NCBI GenBank assembly: GCA_963617415.1
Contig: CAVEOK010000007.1
Coordinates: 11,692 to 75,691 of the forward strand
From: Oscillospiraceae bacterium
Lineage (GTDB): Bacteria > Bacillota > Clostridia > Lachnospirales > Lachnospiraceae
Direction of reading: 5' to 3'
DNA: 64,000 bases
Shown here: positions 1 to 10,195 of the stretch, piece by piece
Numbering within the stretch: position 1 is the stretch's first letter
How the letters are laid out: each line of letters starts with the position of its first letter
Notes under the pieces: generated by a model
What the model saw: only the letters and a program-made list of their open reading frames with translations
What the model was told of the DNA's origin: nothing
Database searches by the model: none
Made by a program: the position numbers and the translations under genes

Positions 1-53
1 CCGGTGACCTATTCATTACGAGTGAATCGCTCTACCTACTGAGCCATATCGGC
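1..53 (-). tRNA. tRNA-Thr (anticodon CGU), 5' portion only; the 3' part lies beyond the window start
   Basis: The reverse complement reads GCCGATA-TG-GCTC-AGTAGGTA-GAGC-G-ATTCA-CTCGTAA-TGAAT-AGGTC-ACCGG. This gives the acceptor 5' strand, D arm, anticodon arm (loop CU-CGU-AA) and the start of the T arm. Confidence 0.85.
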
Positions 54-138
54 TGATAATTCCCTTGTCGCGAAATTACTTAGCTATTATATACAGTTTT
101 ATTTGCGAATGCAAGGAGAATTTTATATAGTAAGAATT

Positions 139-894
139 ATGAAGAAGTTTGAGATAAGTGCGAATTTATTAAAATGGATAGCCCTGAGCACGATGCTGAT
201 CGATCATTTTGGAGCCTGTATCTGGCTTTATCTTGCTAAATCGGGATTGATGAGCTTTCAGGATCAGGCCTTTTCTGTTCCTTATTATATGCTGAGAGGA
301 ATCGGAAGGCTGGCCTTTCCCCTTTTTATTTTTTTGTTGGCGGAAGGCTTTTATTATACGAAAAGCAGAAAGAAGTACATGATCCGTTTGGCGATTTTTG
401 CCTTTCTTTCGGAGATTCCCTTTGATCTGGCTTTGTTTTTGACAAATCCACAGATCAGCTCCGGGCAGATTATGACCTGGGCGCATCAGAATGTTTATTT
501 TACTTTGCTTTTGGGCTTTGTCGCCATGCTGCTGATCGATCAAATAGAAAAGCAGGATTGGCGGAAGGAAGCTGAAGTTTTGTGTATGATCGGAGCGGTG
601 GCTTTGCCGGCTGCTTTGGCTCAGCTGATTCACACAGACTATGGTGCGATCGGCGTTACGGCGATTGCGGCGGCCTGGATCCTTCGGAAAAAAAGGGGCG
701 GCATGACAGAACTGATAGGAATTATTTTTATTCTAACCTTCAGTTCTTCCTTGGAGGCCTTGGCACTTTTTGATTTGCCTTTGATTGCGGCTTATCGGGG
801 AAAGCAGGGGAAAAAGGGCAATCGCTGGTTTTTCTATGCCTTTTATCCCATTCATTTGTTCCTGCTTTTTCTTTTGCGTATGCTTCTCTTTTAG
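139..894 (+). CDS. TraX family membrane protein
   Basis: ORF 103-894. The likely ATG is at 139 (MKKFEISANLLKWIALSTMLIDHFG, a TraX-like N-terminus). The profile is polytopic and hydrophobic. Confidence 0.8.
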   Translation: MKKFEISANLLKWIALSTMLIDHFGACIWLYLAKSGLMSFQDQAFSVPYYMLRGIGRLAFPLFIFLLAEGFYYTKSRKKYMIRLAIFAFLSEIPFDLALFLTNPQISSGQIMTWAHQNVYFTLLLGFVAMLLIDQIEKQDWRKEAEVLCMIGAVALPAALAQLIHTDYGAIGVTAIAAAWILRKKRGGMTELIGIIFILTFSSSLEALALFDLPLIAAYRGKQGKKGNRWFFYAFYPIHLFLLFLLRMLLF

Positions 895-1003
895 AAAATG
901 GCTTATGAAAAGTAAGGATGAAAAGCAAAGAAAATGGCGGAAGAAGGAAGCTGCTTGTAGAGTCAGGAATTGTATGCAGGTAATGCATGGATAAGAAAAG
1001 CAT

Positions 1004-1624
1004 ATGATTATGAATAAGGAAAGAAGAGGCATTCTTCTGATCCGGAAAGGAGAGCTTTCGGGAGAGGCGAGCAGGCTGGAAAAGGAAAGAATGCTGGACC
1101 ATGTCTTTGGAGGTTATGGCCTGCTGTCGGAAAAAGAAAAAAAGAGACCGGTGATCGGAAAAGGAGAAAGGGGAAAGCCTTATCTGCCGGACTATCCCAT
1201 GCTGGACTTTAATTATACGGACTGCAGATACGGAAGCGCCCTTTTGCTGATGGAAGGAAAATGCGGGATCGACATGGAGGGGCCTAGAAAAATTTCCGAA
1301 GCCCTGATCAGAAGACTGCCTCTGGAGGAACAGGAATTCCTAAAGGAAAAGCCGGAGGAAAAAAGAGAAGAGAAGCTTCTCCGCCTTTGGACCTGCAAGG
1401 AGGCTTATGTGAAGATGACGGGAGAGGGGCTTTCGAAGGAAGCTGTCGAAAGATCCTTTGCTGAACCGGTCAGAAGCATGCTGGGAAAGGAAGAGGCAGG
1501 CATAAGGATGGAGGAGTACGGATGCAGCCTTTATCAGAAGTGCTTTGGCACAGGCGTGATCCTGACTGTATGCAGCCGAAAAGAAGGCGCCTTTGACATT
1601 GAATTTTGGCAGAAATTAGGTTAA
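1004..1624 (+). CDS. 4'-phosphopantetheinyl transferase (Sfp-type)
   Basis: GIDME block and WTCKEAYVKMTGEGL motif, both typical of the PPTase superfamily. Confidence 0.75.
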   Translation: MIMNKERRGILLIRKGELSGEASRLEKERMLDHVFGGYGLLSEKEKKRPVIGKGERGKPYLPDYPMLDFNYTDCRYGSALLLMEGKCGIDMEGPRKISEALIRRLPLEEQEFLKEKPEEKREEKLLRLWTCKEAYVKMTGEGLSKEAVERSFAEPVRSMLGKEEAGIRMEEYGCSLYQKCFGTGVILTVCSRKEGAFDIEFWQKLG

Positions 1625-1636
1625 AATCATACGGAT

Positions 1637-2281
1637 ATGGCAAAAAGAAATTACCAAAAGGAAATGGAAAAAATTATCTCTGCGGAAGAGGAGAGGGGGC
1701 ATGTTCCGAGTCTGCTTTTGCACAGCTGCTGTGCCCCCTGTTCCAGTGCGGTTTTAGAGAAGCTGACAGACCATTTCCGAATCACGATTTTATACTACAA
1801 TCCTAATATTTCTCCCCAGGAGGAATATGAGAAAAGAGTAAAAGAGCTGAAGCATCTCCTGGAGGAGCTGCCCCAGAAGTATCCGGTCAGACTGATCGAG
1901 GGTAAATATGAGCCCGCGCAGTTCTATGAGGCGGTGAAGGGACTGGAGCAGATTCCGGAAGGAGGAGAGCGCTGCTTTGCCTGCTATCGTCTGAGACTGG
2001 AAGAGGCAGCAGCCTATGCAGCGAAGCTGGGAAGCGATTATTTTACAACAACACTAACCATTTCCCCTTTAAAGAATACGGTAAAATTGAATGAAATCGG
2101 GGAAGAGCTTGCGGAAAAATACGGAGTAAGCTGCCTGCCTTCCGACTTTAAGAAAAAGGACGGCTACAAGAGATCAATCGAGCTTTCTGCAGAATACGGC
2201 CTTTACCGGCAGGATTTTTGCGGATGCGTATTTTCAAAAAAGGAAGCGGAGCAAAGAAGAGAGAGGAAAGAAAATGGCTGA
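1637..2281 (+). CDS. queH: epoxyqueuosine reductase QueH (DUF208)
   Basis: LLLHSCCAPCSS cysteine motif, later CFACY and FCGC motifs, and a length of about 210 aa. Confidence 0.85.
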   Translation: MAKRNYQKEMEKIISAEEERGHVPSLLLHSCCAPCSSAVLEKLTDHFRITILYYNPNISPQEEYEKRVKELKHLLEELPQKYPVRLIEGKYEPAQFYEAVKGLEQIPEGGERCFACYRLRLEEAAAYAAKLGSDYFTTTLTISPLKNTVKLNEIGEELAEKYGVSCLPSDFKKKDGYKRSIELSAEYGLYRQDFCGCVFSKKEAEQRRERKENG

Positions 2282-4025
2282 GGATTTTAGAAGCAAAATT
2301 TTTGCAATGATGGATCATATGGAAAAGAACGGCGGTAAGATCACTGCAAATGTAGACGGCGAGGAAGTTGAAGCAAATACAGCAGAAGAGCAGCTGGCTC
2401 TTTTTATGATGCAGAGAGAGCAGGAAGCAGAGGCAAAGGCCAAGGAGGAAGAAGAGGCACTTGCAGCAAAGCTTGCGGAAGAAAAAGGAGCTGAGCCGGT
2501 AGAGGAAGAAGAAAAAGAAATGACAGATGAAGAAATCTTCCGTCAGAACGCTATTCATCATCATACAGGGGAAGCGGCTGCAGTGGGATCTGAGGAAAAG
2601 GAGTCAGAGGAGACAGAGGAGCCGGAGAAGAAGGCGAACCTTTGGGGCGGCAGATTTACAAAGCCGACAGAAAAGAAGGTATATGACTTTAATGCTTCCA
2701 TTCTTTTTGATCAGAGATTGTATTATCAGGATATTCTCGGATCCATGGCACACGCATCCATGCTGGGCAAGGTTGGCGTTCTGACCAAGGAAGAGAGTGA
2801 TTCTATCGTTCATACACTGGCAGAGATTCAGGAAGAAATTTCAGAGGGGAAGCTGCAGATCACGGATGCTTATGAGGATATTCACAGCTTCGTGGAGGCA
2901 CAGCTGATCGAGCGTCTTGGAGATACAGGCAAGAAGGTTCATACGGGACGAAGCAGAAATGATCAGGTTGCCCTTGATATGAGAATGTACATCAGAGGAG
3001 AGATTCTGGAGACAGATCATCTTCTTTTGAATCTCCTGGATGTGCTGTATGATCTGATGAAGGAAAATCTGGATACCATTATGCCGGGCTTTACCCATCT
3101 GCAGAAGGCACAGCCGACAACGCTGGCACATCATCTGGGTGCTTATTTTGAGATGTTTAAGAGAGACCGCAGCCGGATGGAGGACACCTATCACAGAATG
3201 AACTATTGTCCCCTCGGATCCGGTGCTTTTGCCGGAACGACTTATCCGCTGGATCGTTCCTATACAGCAAAGATGCTGGGCTTTTATGGTCCGACTTTGA
3301 ACAGTATGGATGGCGTTTCGGACAGGGATTATCTGATCGATTTCCTGTCTGCTCTGGCTGAGATCATGATGCATCTGAGCAGATTCTCAGAAGAGGTGAT
3401 CCTTTGGAATTCCAATGAATACCGCTTTATCGAGATTGATGATGCTTATAGTACGGGAAGTTCCATCATGCCGCAGAAAAAGAACCCGGATATTGCCGAG
3501 CTGGTAAGAGGAAAGACCGGACGAGTTTATGGCGCACTGATGTCTCTCCTGACAACGATGAAAGGCATTCCGCTTGCCTATAATAAAGATATGCAGGAGG
3601 ACAAGGAGATTGCCTTTGATGCCATTGATACGGTGAAGATCTGTCTGGAGCTTTTTGCAGATATGATGAAGACCATGAAGTTCAATAAGGATCGCATGAA
3701 AAAGAGTGCGGCGGGCGGCTTTACCAATGCGACAGATGCAGCAGATTATCTGGTTGGAAAGGGTGTGCCTTTCCGTGATGCCCATGGTATTATCGGTCGT
3801 CTGGTTCTCTACGGAATCGAGCAGGATAAGGCAATCGATGAGATGAGCCTGGAGGAGCTGAAGGCCATCAGTGATGTTTTTGAAGAGGATGTATATGATG
3901 CTATTTCCATGGAAACCTGTGTAAGCAAGCGTCTTACGGTAGGTGCACCCGGAAAAGAGGCCATGGAAGCTGTTCTGATGGAATACAGCTCTTATCTGGA
4001 TCGGGATTGGCAGGATGAAATCTGA
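2274..4025 (+). CDS. argH: argininosuccinate lyase with a ~120-aa acidic N-terminal extension
   Basis: The canonical ArgH sequence runs from LWGGRFTKP (nt 2640) onward, with GSSIMPQKKNPD and other fumarate-lyase signatures. The frame is open back to the ATG at 2274. Confidence 0.9.
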   Translation: MAEDFRSKIFAMMDHMEKNGGKITANVDGEEVEANTAEEQLALFMMQREQEAEAKAKEEEEALAAKLAEEKGAEPVEEEEKEMTDEEIFRQNAIHHHTGEAAAVGSEEKESEETEEPEKKANLWGGRFTKPTEKKVYDFNASILFDQRLYYQDILGSMAHASMLGKVGVLTKEESDSIVHTLAEIQEEISEGKLQITDAYEDIHSFVEAQLIERLGDTGKKVHTGRSRNDQVALDMRMYIRGEILETDHLLLNLLDVLYDLMKENLDTIMPGFTHLQKAQPTTLAHHLGAYFEMFKRDRSRMEDTYHRMNYCPLGSGAFAGTTYPLDRSYTAKMLGFYGPTLNSMDGVSDRDYLIDFLSALAEIMMHLSRFSEEVILWNSNEYRFIEIDDAYSTGSSIMPQKKNPDIAELVRGKTGRVYGALMSLLTTMKGIPLAYNKDMQEDKEIAFDAIDTVKICLELFADMMKTMKFNKDRMKKSAAGGFTNATDAADYLVGKGVPFRDAHGIIGRLVLYGIEQDKAIDEMSLEELKAISDVFEEDVYDAISMETCVSKRLTVGAPGKEAMEAVLMEYSSYLDRDWQDEI

Positions 4026-4050
4026 TACAGCCTTTCTTTGAAATTTTCTC

Positions 4051-4079
4051 TTGCAATTTCAAAACAATCAGAGTAGTAT
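4051..4079 (+). promoter_or_regulatory. candidate sigma-A promoter for asd
   Basis: TTGCAA (4051-4056), a 17-nt spacer, then TAGTAT (4074-4079). It is followed by a leader hairpin CCTCGC...GCGAGG (4089-4116). Confidence 0.4.
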
Positions 4080-4169
4080 GTAGGAGTGCCTCGCAGAAAG
4101 ACAGATGTCCGCGAGGAAACGACATAACGAGACGAAGAGAAAACGAAGAGCGTAAAGGAGAAAAGCATC

Positions 4170-5258
4170 ATGAGTGAGAAGTTAAAAGTTGGTATCCTCG
4201 GCGGAACTGGAATGGTAGGACAGAGATTTATTTCCCTTCTGAATAACCACCCCTGGTTTGAAGTAACCACAATTGCAGCTTCTGCAAGATCTGCCGGCAA
4301 GACTTACGAGGAGTGCGTAGGCTCCAAATGGAAGATGGACAATGAGATTCCGGAAGGAGTAAAGAATATCGTCGTACAGGATCTGCATGATATCGACAAG
4401 GTTTCTGCTGATGTTGATTTTGTTTTTTCTGCAGTAGATATGACAAAGGATGAGATCAAGGCCTTTGAGGATGCTTATGCAAAGACGGAGACACCGGTTG
4501 TATCCAACAACAGTGCACATCGCTGGACACCGGATGTACCTATGGTCGTACCGGAGATCAATCCGGAGCATTATGAGATCATCCCTTACCAGAGAAAGAG
4601 ACTGGGAACCAGCAAGGGCTTTGTAGCAGTAAAGCCGAACTGCTCCATCCAGAGCTATACACCGGCACTGCATGCATGGAAGGAATTTGGCGTAAAGGAA
4701 GTTGTTGTAACGACCTATCAGGCAATCTCCGGAGCAGGAAAGACCTTTAAGGACTGGCCGGAAATGATTGGAAATATCATTCCCTATATCGGCGGTGAGG
4801 AAGAGAAGAGTGAGCAGGAGCCGCTTCGTCTCTGGGGTCACATCGAAAATGGCCAGATCGTGAAGGCTGAGAATGGTCCGATCATTACCTCCCAGTGCAT
4901 CCGTGTTCCGGTTTTAAACGGACATACGGCAGCAGCCTTTGTTAACTTTGAGCAGAAGGTAAGCAAGGAAGAGCTGATCCAGAAGCTGGTTGAATTCAAG
5001 GGCCTGCCCCAGGAGAGAAATCTTCCTTCAGCTCCCAAGCAGTTCATTCAGTATCTGGAGGAGGACAACCGTCCTCAGGTTCAGCTGGATGTCAACTATG
5101 AGAATGGAATGGGTGTTTCCATCGGACGTCTGAGAGAAGATAAGCTTTTCGATTATAAATTTGTAGGACTTTCACATAATACCGTTCGAGGTGCAGCAGG
5201 CGGAGCAATCCTTTCAGCAGAAGCCTTAACCTCTCTCGGCTATATTGAAAAGAAATAA
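4170..5258 (+). CDS. asd: aspartate-semialdehyde dehydrogenase
   Basis: GILGGTGMVGQRF Rossmann N-terminus, a CSIQ active-site Cys context, and full-length similarity to Asd of the Gram-positive/archaeal type. Confidence 0.9.
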   Translation: MSEKLKVGILGGTGMVGQRFISLLNNHPWFEVTTIAASARSAGKTYEECVGSKWKMDNEIPEGVKNIVVQDLHDIDKVSADVDFVFSAVDMTKDEIKAFEDAYAKTETPVVSNNSAHRWTPDVPMVVPEINPEHYEIIPYQRKRLGTSKGFVAVKPNCSIQSYTPALHAWKEFGVKEVVVTTYQAISGAGKTFKDWPEMIGNIIPYIGGEEEKSEQEPLRLWGHIENGQIVKAENGPIITSQCIRVPVLNGHTAAAFVNFEQKVSKEELIQKLVEFKGLPQERNLPSAPKQFIQYLEEDNRPQVQLDVNYENGMGVSIGRLREDKLFDYKFVGLSHNTVRGAAGGAILSAEALTSLGYIEKK

Positions 5259-5265
5259 GGATTGA

Positions 5266-7263
5266 ATGGGGAAAACAGTATTTATCGCGGAGAAGCCGTC
5301 TGTAGCGGATGCCTTCGCAAAAGCATTAAAACTGAATACAAAATCCCGTGACGGATATGTAGAGGGTGAAAATACCATTGTGACCTGGTGCTATGGGCAT
5401 CTGGTCACAATGAGCTATCCGGAGGTTTATGACGAGAAATATAAGAAGTGGAGGCTGGAAACCCTTCCCTTCATTCCGGAAACCTTTCTCTATGAAGTAA
5501 TTCCCAGTGCGGCAAAGCAGTTCAAGATCGTGTCCGGTCTTCTTAACAGAGAAGACGTGGATGCGATTTATGTATGTACGGACTCGGGACGAGAGGGAGA
5601 ATATATCTACCGTCTGGTGGATCAAATGGCAAAGGTCAGCGACAAAAAAGTTAAGAAAAGAGTCTGGATCGATTCCCAGACAGAAGAGGAGATCAGAAGA
5701 GGAATCCGGGAAGCAAAGCCGCTTTCCGAATATGACAATCTGTCTGATGCTGCCTATCTTCGGGCAAAGGAAGATTACCTCATGGGAATTAACTTTTCCA
5801 GACTGCTGACCCTAAAGTACGGAAATACGATTTCCAGTGTGAATCACAGCAAATATACAGTAATTTCTGTCGGCCGTGTCATGACCTGTGTTCTGGGTAT
5901 GATCGTCCGCAGGGAGAGAGAAATCCGTTCCTTTGTAAAGACGCCTTTCTATCGCATTCTGGCCCAGATTGATCTGGGGAGCGGACAGATGGAGGGAGAA
6001 TGGAGAGCCGTAGAGGGCTCGAGATACTATGCTTCTCCGGATCTTTACAAGGAAAACGGCTTCAAGGAAAGGGCGGCAGCCCAGGCGGCGATGGATTCTA
6101 TTGGTATGGAATTCCCGTTGGATTCTGTAGTGACAGAAATTTCCAGAAAAAAAGAAAAGAAAAATCCACCCTTATTATTCAATCTGGCAGAGATCCAGAA
6201 TGAATGCTCAAAGCGCTTTAAGATTTCCCCGGATGAAACCTTATCCTGTATCCAGACCCTGTATGAAAGAAAACTGGTTACCTATCCCAGAACGGATGCC
6301 CGAGTCCTCTCGACTGCCGTAGCCAAGGAAATCAGCCGCAATATCAGCGGACTTTTGGGCTATGCACCGGTGAGAGGCTATGCACAGAAAATTCTGGATG
6401 AGAAGGCCTATCAGGGCTTGGAAAAGACAAGATATGTCAATGATAAACAGATTACAGACCACTATGCCATTATTCCGACAGGCCAGGGACTGGGTGCAAT
6501 CAAGGGGCTGAATGAACGGCTTTTTCAGGTTTATGACCTGATCGTCAGACGTTTCCTGAGCATCTTTTATCCGGCTGCGGAATACCGAAAGGCACAGGTA
6601 ACGGTACAGACAGGCAGTGAGAAATTTTTCTCTTCCTTCCGTATGCTTTCCAAGGCAGGTTATCTGGAGGTTATGGGAGGTGCAGATAAGGAGAAAAGTG
6701 ATCCGGCCATTCTCGAACGGGTGGAAAAGCTGAAAAAGGGAGAGCACTTGCCCATTGAGAGCATGTGCCTGAAGGAGGGGGAAACCTCACCGCCCAAGCG
6801 CTATAATTCCGGCTCCATTATTCTGACCATGGAAAATGCGGGTCAGTTTATAGAGGATGAAGAACTTCGCGCCCAGATCAAAGGTGCCGGGATCGGAACT
6901 TCTGCGACCAGGGCAGAGATTCTGAAAAAGCTGGTTAATATCAAATATATCAGCTTGAACAGCAAAACCCAGATTCTTTCTACAACACACCTGGGAGAAA
7001 TGGTGTATGATGTAGTAGCAGGATCCATTCGCTCCCTGCTGAATCCGGATCTGACTGCCAGCTGGGAAAAGGGACTTTCCTATGTGGCGGAAGGAAAGAT
7101 TACTTCTGAAGAATATATGCAGAAGCTGGATCGCTTTATTTCCGACCGGACAAGAGGCGTGATGGGACTGAACAACCAGTATCAGATGCGGCAGGCCTTT
7201 CTGAACAGCGCCCAGTATTATAAGCAGCCGAAGGCACCTGCAAAAAAGACTAAGAATTCATAA
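5266..7263 (+). CDS. topB: DNA topoisomerase III (type IA)
   Basis: Toprim N-terminus (VFIAEKPSVA, TDSGREGE) and the active-site region LVTYPRTDARVL. Confidence 0.9.
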   Translation: MGKTVFIAEKPSVADAFAKALKLNTKSRDGYVEGENTIVTWCYGHLVTMSYPEVYDEKYKKWRLETLPFIPETFLYEVIPSAAKQFKIVSGLLNREDVDAIYVCTDSGREGEYIYRLVDQMAKVSDKKVKKRVWIDSQTEEEIRRGIREAKPLSEYDNLSDAAYLRAKEDYLMGINFSRLLTLKYGNTISSVNHSKYTVISVGRVMTCVLGMIVRREREIRSFVKTPFYRILAQIDLGSGQMEGEWRAVEGSRYYASPDLYKENGFKERAAAQAAMDSIGMEFPLDSVVTEISRKKEKKNPPLLFNLAEIQNECSKRFKISPDETLSCIQTLYERKLVTYPRTDARVLSTAVAKEISRNISGLLGYAPVRGYAQKILDEKAYQGLEKTRYVNDKQITDHYAIIPTGQGLGAIKGLNERLFQVYDLIVRRFLSIFYPAAEYRKAQVTVQTGSEKFFSSFRMLSKAGYLEVMGGADKEKSDPAILERVEKLKKGEHLPIESMCLKEGETSPPKRYNSGSIILTMENAGQFIEDEELRAQIKGAGIGTSATRAEILKKLVNIKYISLNSKTQILSTTHLGEMVYDVVAGSIRSLLNPDLTASWEKGLSYVAEGKITSEEYMQKLDRFISDRTRGVMGLNNQYQMRQAFLNSAQYYKQPKAPAKKTKNS

Positions 7264-7296
7264 GAACATAAGAAGAATAGGTCAAGGAGAAAAGTC

Positions 7297-8064
7297 ATGA
7301 CAAAAGAAGAAGTATTAAAATATTCCTCGACACCGCTCAGTCTGGGATCCAATCCGATCCCGCCGACAGCGCATCGTTTTATAAACCGCGAGCATCTCTA
7401 TATTATTTACAAGACAGATTGGGATGCCTTGAGAAAGTTCGTTCCGGAGCCTTTGGAGCTTCTGGATGAGCCACTGGTTCGTTTTGAAATGATGCGGATG
7501 CCGATCGCAACCGGATACGGTGATTATACCGAGTGCGGACAGGCGATTCCGGTTGTCTGCAATGGAGTAGAGGGAGAATATCTCCATCAGATGTATCTGG
7601 ACAATTTCGAGGCAATGGCCAGCGGAAGAGAAGCACATGCTTATCCGAAAAAGCCCGGACATCCGGAATTTTATATCGATGACAATACGGTTGTGGGAAC
7701 TTTGGATTATGGCAGAAGTCATCCTTTCCGGATTGCAAATGCAACCATGACCTACAAATATTATCCTCTGGATGAGCAGGAGGCCCTGCGTCAGATGACA
7801 GAGCCTACCTATATGCTGAAGCTTCTGCCCGGTTATGATGAAAGCAAGGGACCGAGAATTGCAGAGCTGATCGTAGCGCAGACAGATCCGAAGGATGTGG
7901 AGATCATTGAAGCCTGGACGGGAGATGCAAGACTGCAGCTTTTTGATCATGTGAAATGCCCGATGAACGATCTTCCGGTGAGAGAAATCGTATCCTGCAG
8001 TCATATTAAGTGCAATCTGACACTGGGCTTCCCAAAGGTTGTATACGATTATCTTCAGAAATAA
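7297..8064 (+). CDS. acetoacetate decarboxylase family protein
   Basis: ~255 aa with an ADC-family N-terminal region (FINREHLYIIYKTDWDALRKFVPEPLE) and a conserved Lys context later in the sequence. Confidence 0.75.
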   Translation: MTKEEVLKYSSTPLSLGSNPIPPTAHRFINREHLYIIYKTDWDALRKFVPEPLELLDEPLVRFEMMRMPIATGYGDYTECGQAIPVVCNGVEGEYLHQMYLDNFEAMASGREAHAYPKKPGHPEFYIDDNTVVGTLDYGRSHPFRIANATMTYKYYPLDEQEALRQMTEPTYMLKLLPGYDESKGPRIAELIVAQTDPKDVEIIEAWTGDARLQLFDHVKCPMNDLPVREIVSCSHIKCNLTLGFPKVVYDYLQK

Positions 8065-8152
8065 GAAAAGTTAGACATCCCGGAAGATGTGTTTTATAAT
8101 GAGGACAGTAATTGTTAAAAAACTATCGGGATAAAAACGGAGGTAGAAGAAA

Positions 8153-8593
8153 ATGAAAATTGCAATTGGATGTGATCCGAACGCTCAGCAGGCAAAGGAA
8201 GAACTGATCGAGTTCATCAATGCAAAAGGATACGGCGAGGTTACGGATTTCGGAAGCGATGATCCGATCTATGCAAATGTAGCAGTTGCCGTAGGAGAGG
8301 CAGTTGCAGCAGGAGAATATGACAGAGGAATCCTGATCTGCGGTACAGGACTTGGTGTTTCCATCGCTGTTAATAAGGTAAAGGGTGCATATGGAGCACT
8401 TTTGGACAATATCTATTCTGCAAAGCGTGCCCGTCTTTCCAATGACGCCAATGTTGCCTGCCTGGGTGCTTTTACAACAGGCAATAAGCTGAGAGAAGAG
8501 CTGGTTGATGCTTTCCTTACAAATGAATTTGTACCGGGATGCTCTTCCCAGCCGAAGGTAGATGCTTTCCGCAAGTATGAGGCTGAGCATTAA
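8153..8593 (+). CDS. rpiB: RpiB/LacA/LacB family sugar-phosphate isomerase
   Basis: MKIAIGCD start, ILICGTGLGVSIAVNK motif, ~146 aa. Confidence 0.85.
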   Translation: MKIAIGCDPNAQQAKEELIEFINAKGYGEVTDFGSDDPIYANVAVAVGEAVAAGEYDRGILICGTGLGVSIAVNKVKGAYGALLDNIYSAKRARLSNDANVACLGAFTTGNKLREELVDAFLTNEFVPGCSSQPKVDAFRKYEAEH

Positions 8594-8660
8594 GAAAAAG
8601 CCCGAATAAGGCAAAAACTGTAAATGATATAGACTGATACAGAAAAAATAAGAGCAAAAG

Positions 8661-8702
8661 AAAAACCAGTTCCGGAAAGTAAAATTTTCAGAACTGGTTT
8701 TT
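8661..8702. terminator. bidirectional intrinsic terminator between convergent genes
   Basis: AAAAACCAGTTC ... GAACTGGTTTTT hairpin flanked by an A-run and a T-run. An adjacent 18-bp perfect palindrome ATGTAATAGGAAATTCTG/CAGAATTTCCTATTACAT lies at 8704-8740. Confidence 0.75.
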
Positions 8703-8761
8703 ATGTAATAGGAAATTCTGTCAGAATTTCCTATTACATAAGAAGCTTCGCATAGAGAGGA

Positions 8762-9070
8762 TTAATCCTCATGGTAATTATCCTGGCTTTTGAAGATGGC
8801 GAAAACCTTTTGCAGGGTTTCTTCATCCACCTGTTCATAGGTGGCATAGTCTTCTTCCGGATGCTCGACAATTTCGAAGATAATAAAATCCTCATCATCG
8901 GAGTCGACATTCGGATAAAGGACGCAGTAAAAACGATCCTTGTATTCGATGGTATCCAGATATTCGAAATCGACTTCGTTTCCATCTTCATCGGTAAGGG
9001 TAATCAGCTCTACCTCCTGAATCTGCGGAGCTTGGCTTTTGTTTTTCTTTTTTTTCTTGGATCTGCTCAT
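8762..9070 (-). CDS. DUF1292 domain protein
   Basis: ITLTDEDGNEVDFEYLDTIEYKDRFYCVLYP pattern with an acidic C-terminal half. Confidence 0.75.
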   Translation of the reverse strand: MSRSKKKKKNKSQAPQIQEVELITLTDEDGNEVDFEYLDTIEYKDRFYCVLYPNVDSDDEDFIIFEIVEHPEEDYATYEQVDEETLQKVFAIFKSQDNYHED

Positions 9071-9210
9071 ATCATATCTCCCTTAGGTGTTATATATAAG
9101 GATTATACCCTTTTAGAAAGAAAAAGGACAGGGATTTCCATAATATGGTAGAATGAAGGGAGAGAGCAGTAAAACAGATAAGAAGTGCTTTCATAGAAGG
9201 AGAATGATTT

Positions 9211-10128
9211 ATGAATACAAATTGGGTGAGAAGTAATCTCAAGGCAAGAGCTAAGGTCGCTTTCAGGAGAAATTATTGGCTTTGTGTTCTTGCGGCAATC
9301 ATAGGTGTGATCCTGGGAGGAGGATCCGGCCGATCAGTATCAAGCGGCAGCGGCAGTGGAATCGAGAATATTTATTTTGATGGATCAGGAAATTTGAATA
9401 TTGATCTGAGTCCGCATATTCTGGCTGGCGTTTTGATGGCTTTATGTGGCGCCCTGATCATAGCGCTGATATTGAATATTTTTGTATTTCAGCCGATTTA
9501 TACCGGTGTCAGCCGTTTCTTCCTGGTTAATACCGGAGAGAAGGCAAGACTGGGTGAGATTTGGTATGCCTTTAAAAACGGCAATTATTGGAATGTCGTA
9601 AAAACAAAGTTCCTGACAGATCTTTTCCTCTTTCTTTGGACCTGCCTTTTTATTGTACCGGGTATCATCAAGCTTTATTCTTATCGTATGGTACCTTACA
9701 TTCTGGCGGAGAATCCCCAGATGTCGAGCAGGGAGATCATCGATCGTTCCAGAAAGATGATGGATGGCAATAAGTGGAAGGCCTTTGTCTTGGATGTTTC
9801 CTTTATCGGCTGGTATTTCCTCAGTGCCATTACACTGGGAATCGTAGGTATTTTCTATACCTCTCCTTATATCATGGCAACCAATGCCGAGCTTTATCTG
9901 GCAATTTCCGGAAAAGGCGGAGTAAATAAGGACAGTTTCTTCGATGCTTCCAATGGAGGAGGTAGTACAGAGCCTCATTATCAGGAGGATTATGCATCAC
10001 AGGGAAGTCTCTTCAATGATTTTAAGGAAGAGGAAAAGGATGCCGGTCTCGATGATATTAGTGATGATTACTTTCATCAGGAAGATTCTAACCATAGCGG
10101 CACAAAGCTGAATGGAAAAGAACTATAG
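9211..10128 (+). CDS. DUF975 family integral membrane protein
   Basis: N-terminus SNLKARAKVAFRRNYW and several TM segments typical of DUF975. The C-terminal tail is acidic. Confidence 0.7.
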   Translation: MNTNWVRSNLKARAKVAFRRNYWLCVLAAIIGVILGGGSGRSVSSGSGSGIENIYFDGSGNLNIDLSPHILAGVLMALCGALIIALILNIFVFQPIYTGVSRFFLVNTGEKARLGEIWYAFKNGNYWNVVKTKFLTDLFLFLWTCLFIVPGIIKLYSYRMVPYILAENPQMSSREIIDRSRKMMDGNKWKAFVLDVSFIGWYFLSAITLGIVGIFYTSPYIMATNAELYLAISGKGGVNKDSFFDASNGGGSTEPHYQEDYASQGSLFNDFKEEEKDAGLDDISDDYFHQEDSNHSGTKLNGKEL

Positions 10129-10195
10129 AAAGCTAATTTTGTTAGTTGACAAATTTATATATGCGTGGTAACTTTTAGAAAACAATAAATATCAG

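Noticed and set aside
4026-4169. A lysine (L-box) riboswitch or other amino-acid riboswitch upstream of asd.
   Set aside because: The leader after the putative promoter is only about 90 nt and has a single simple hairpin. None of the L-box helices or conserved junction motifs are present.
7297-8064. A possible acetone/ketone-body pathway combining the acetoacetate decarboxylase-family gene with the CoA-transferase A/B genes at 44735-46069.
   Set aside because: The genes are 37 kb apart in unrelated contexts, and no thiolase or butyrate/acetoacetate genes accompany either locus. ADC-family proteins are common in non-solventogenic bacteria, where their roles differ.
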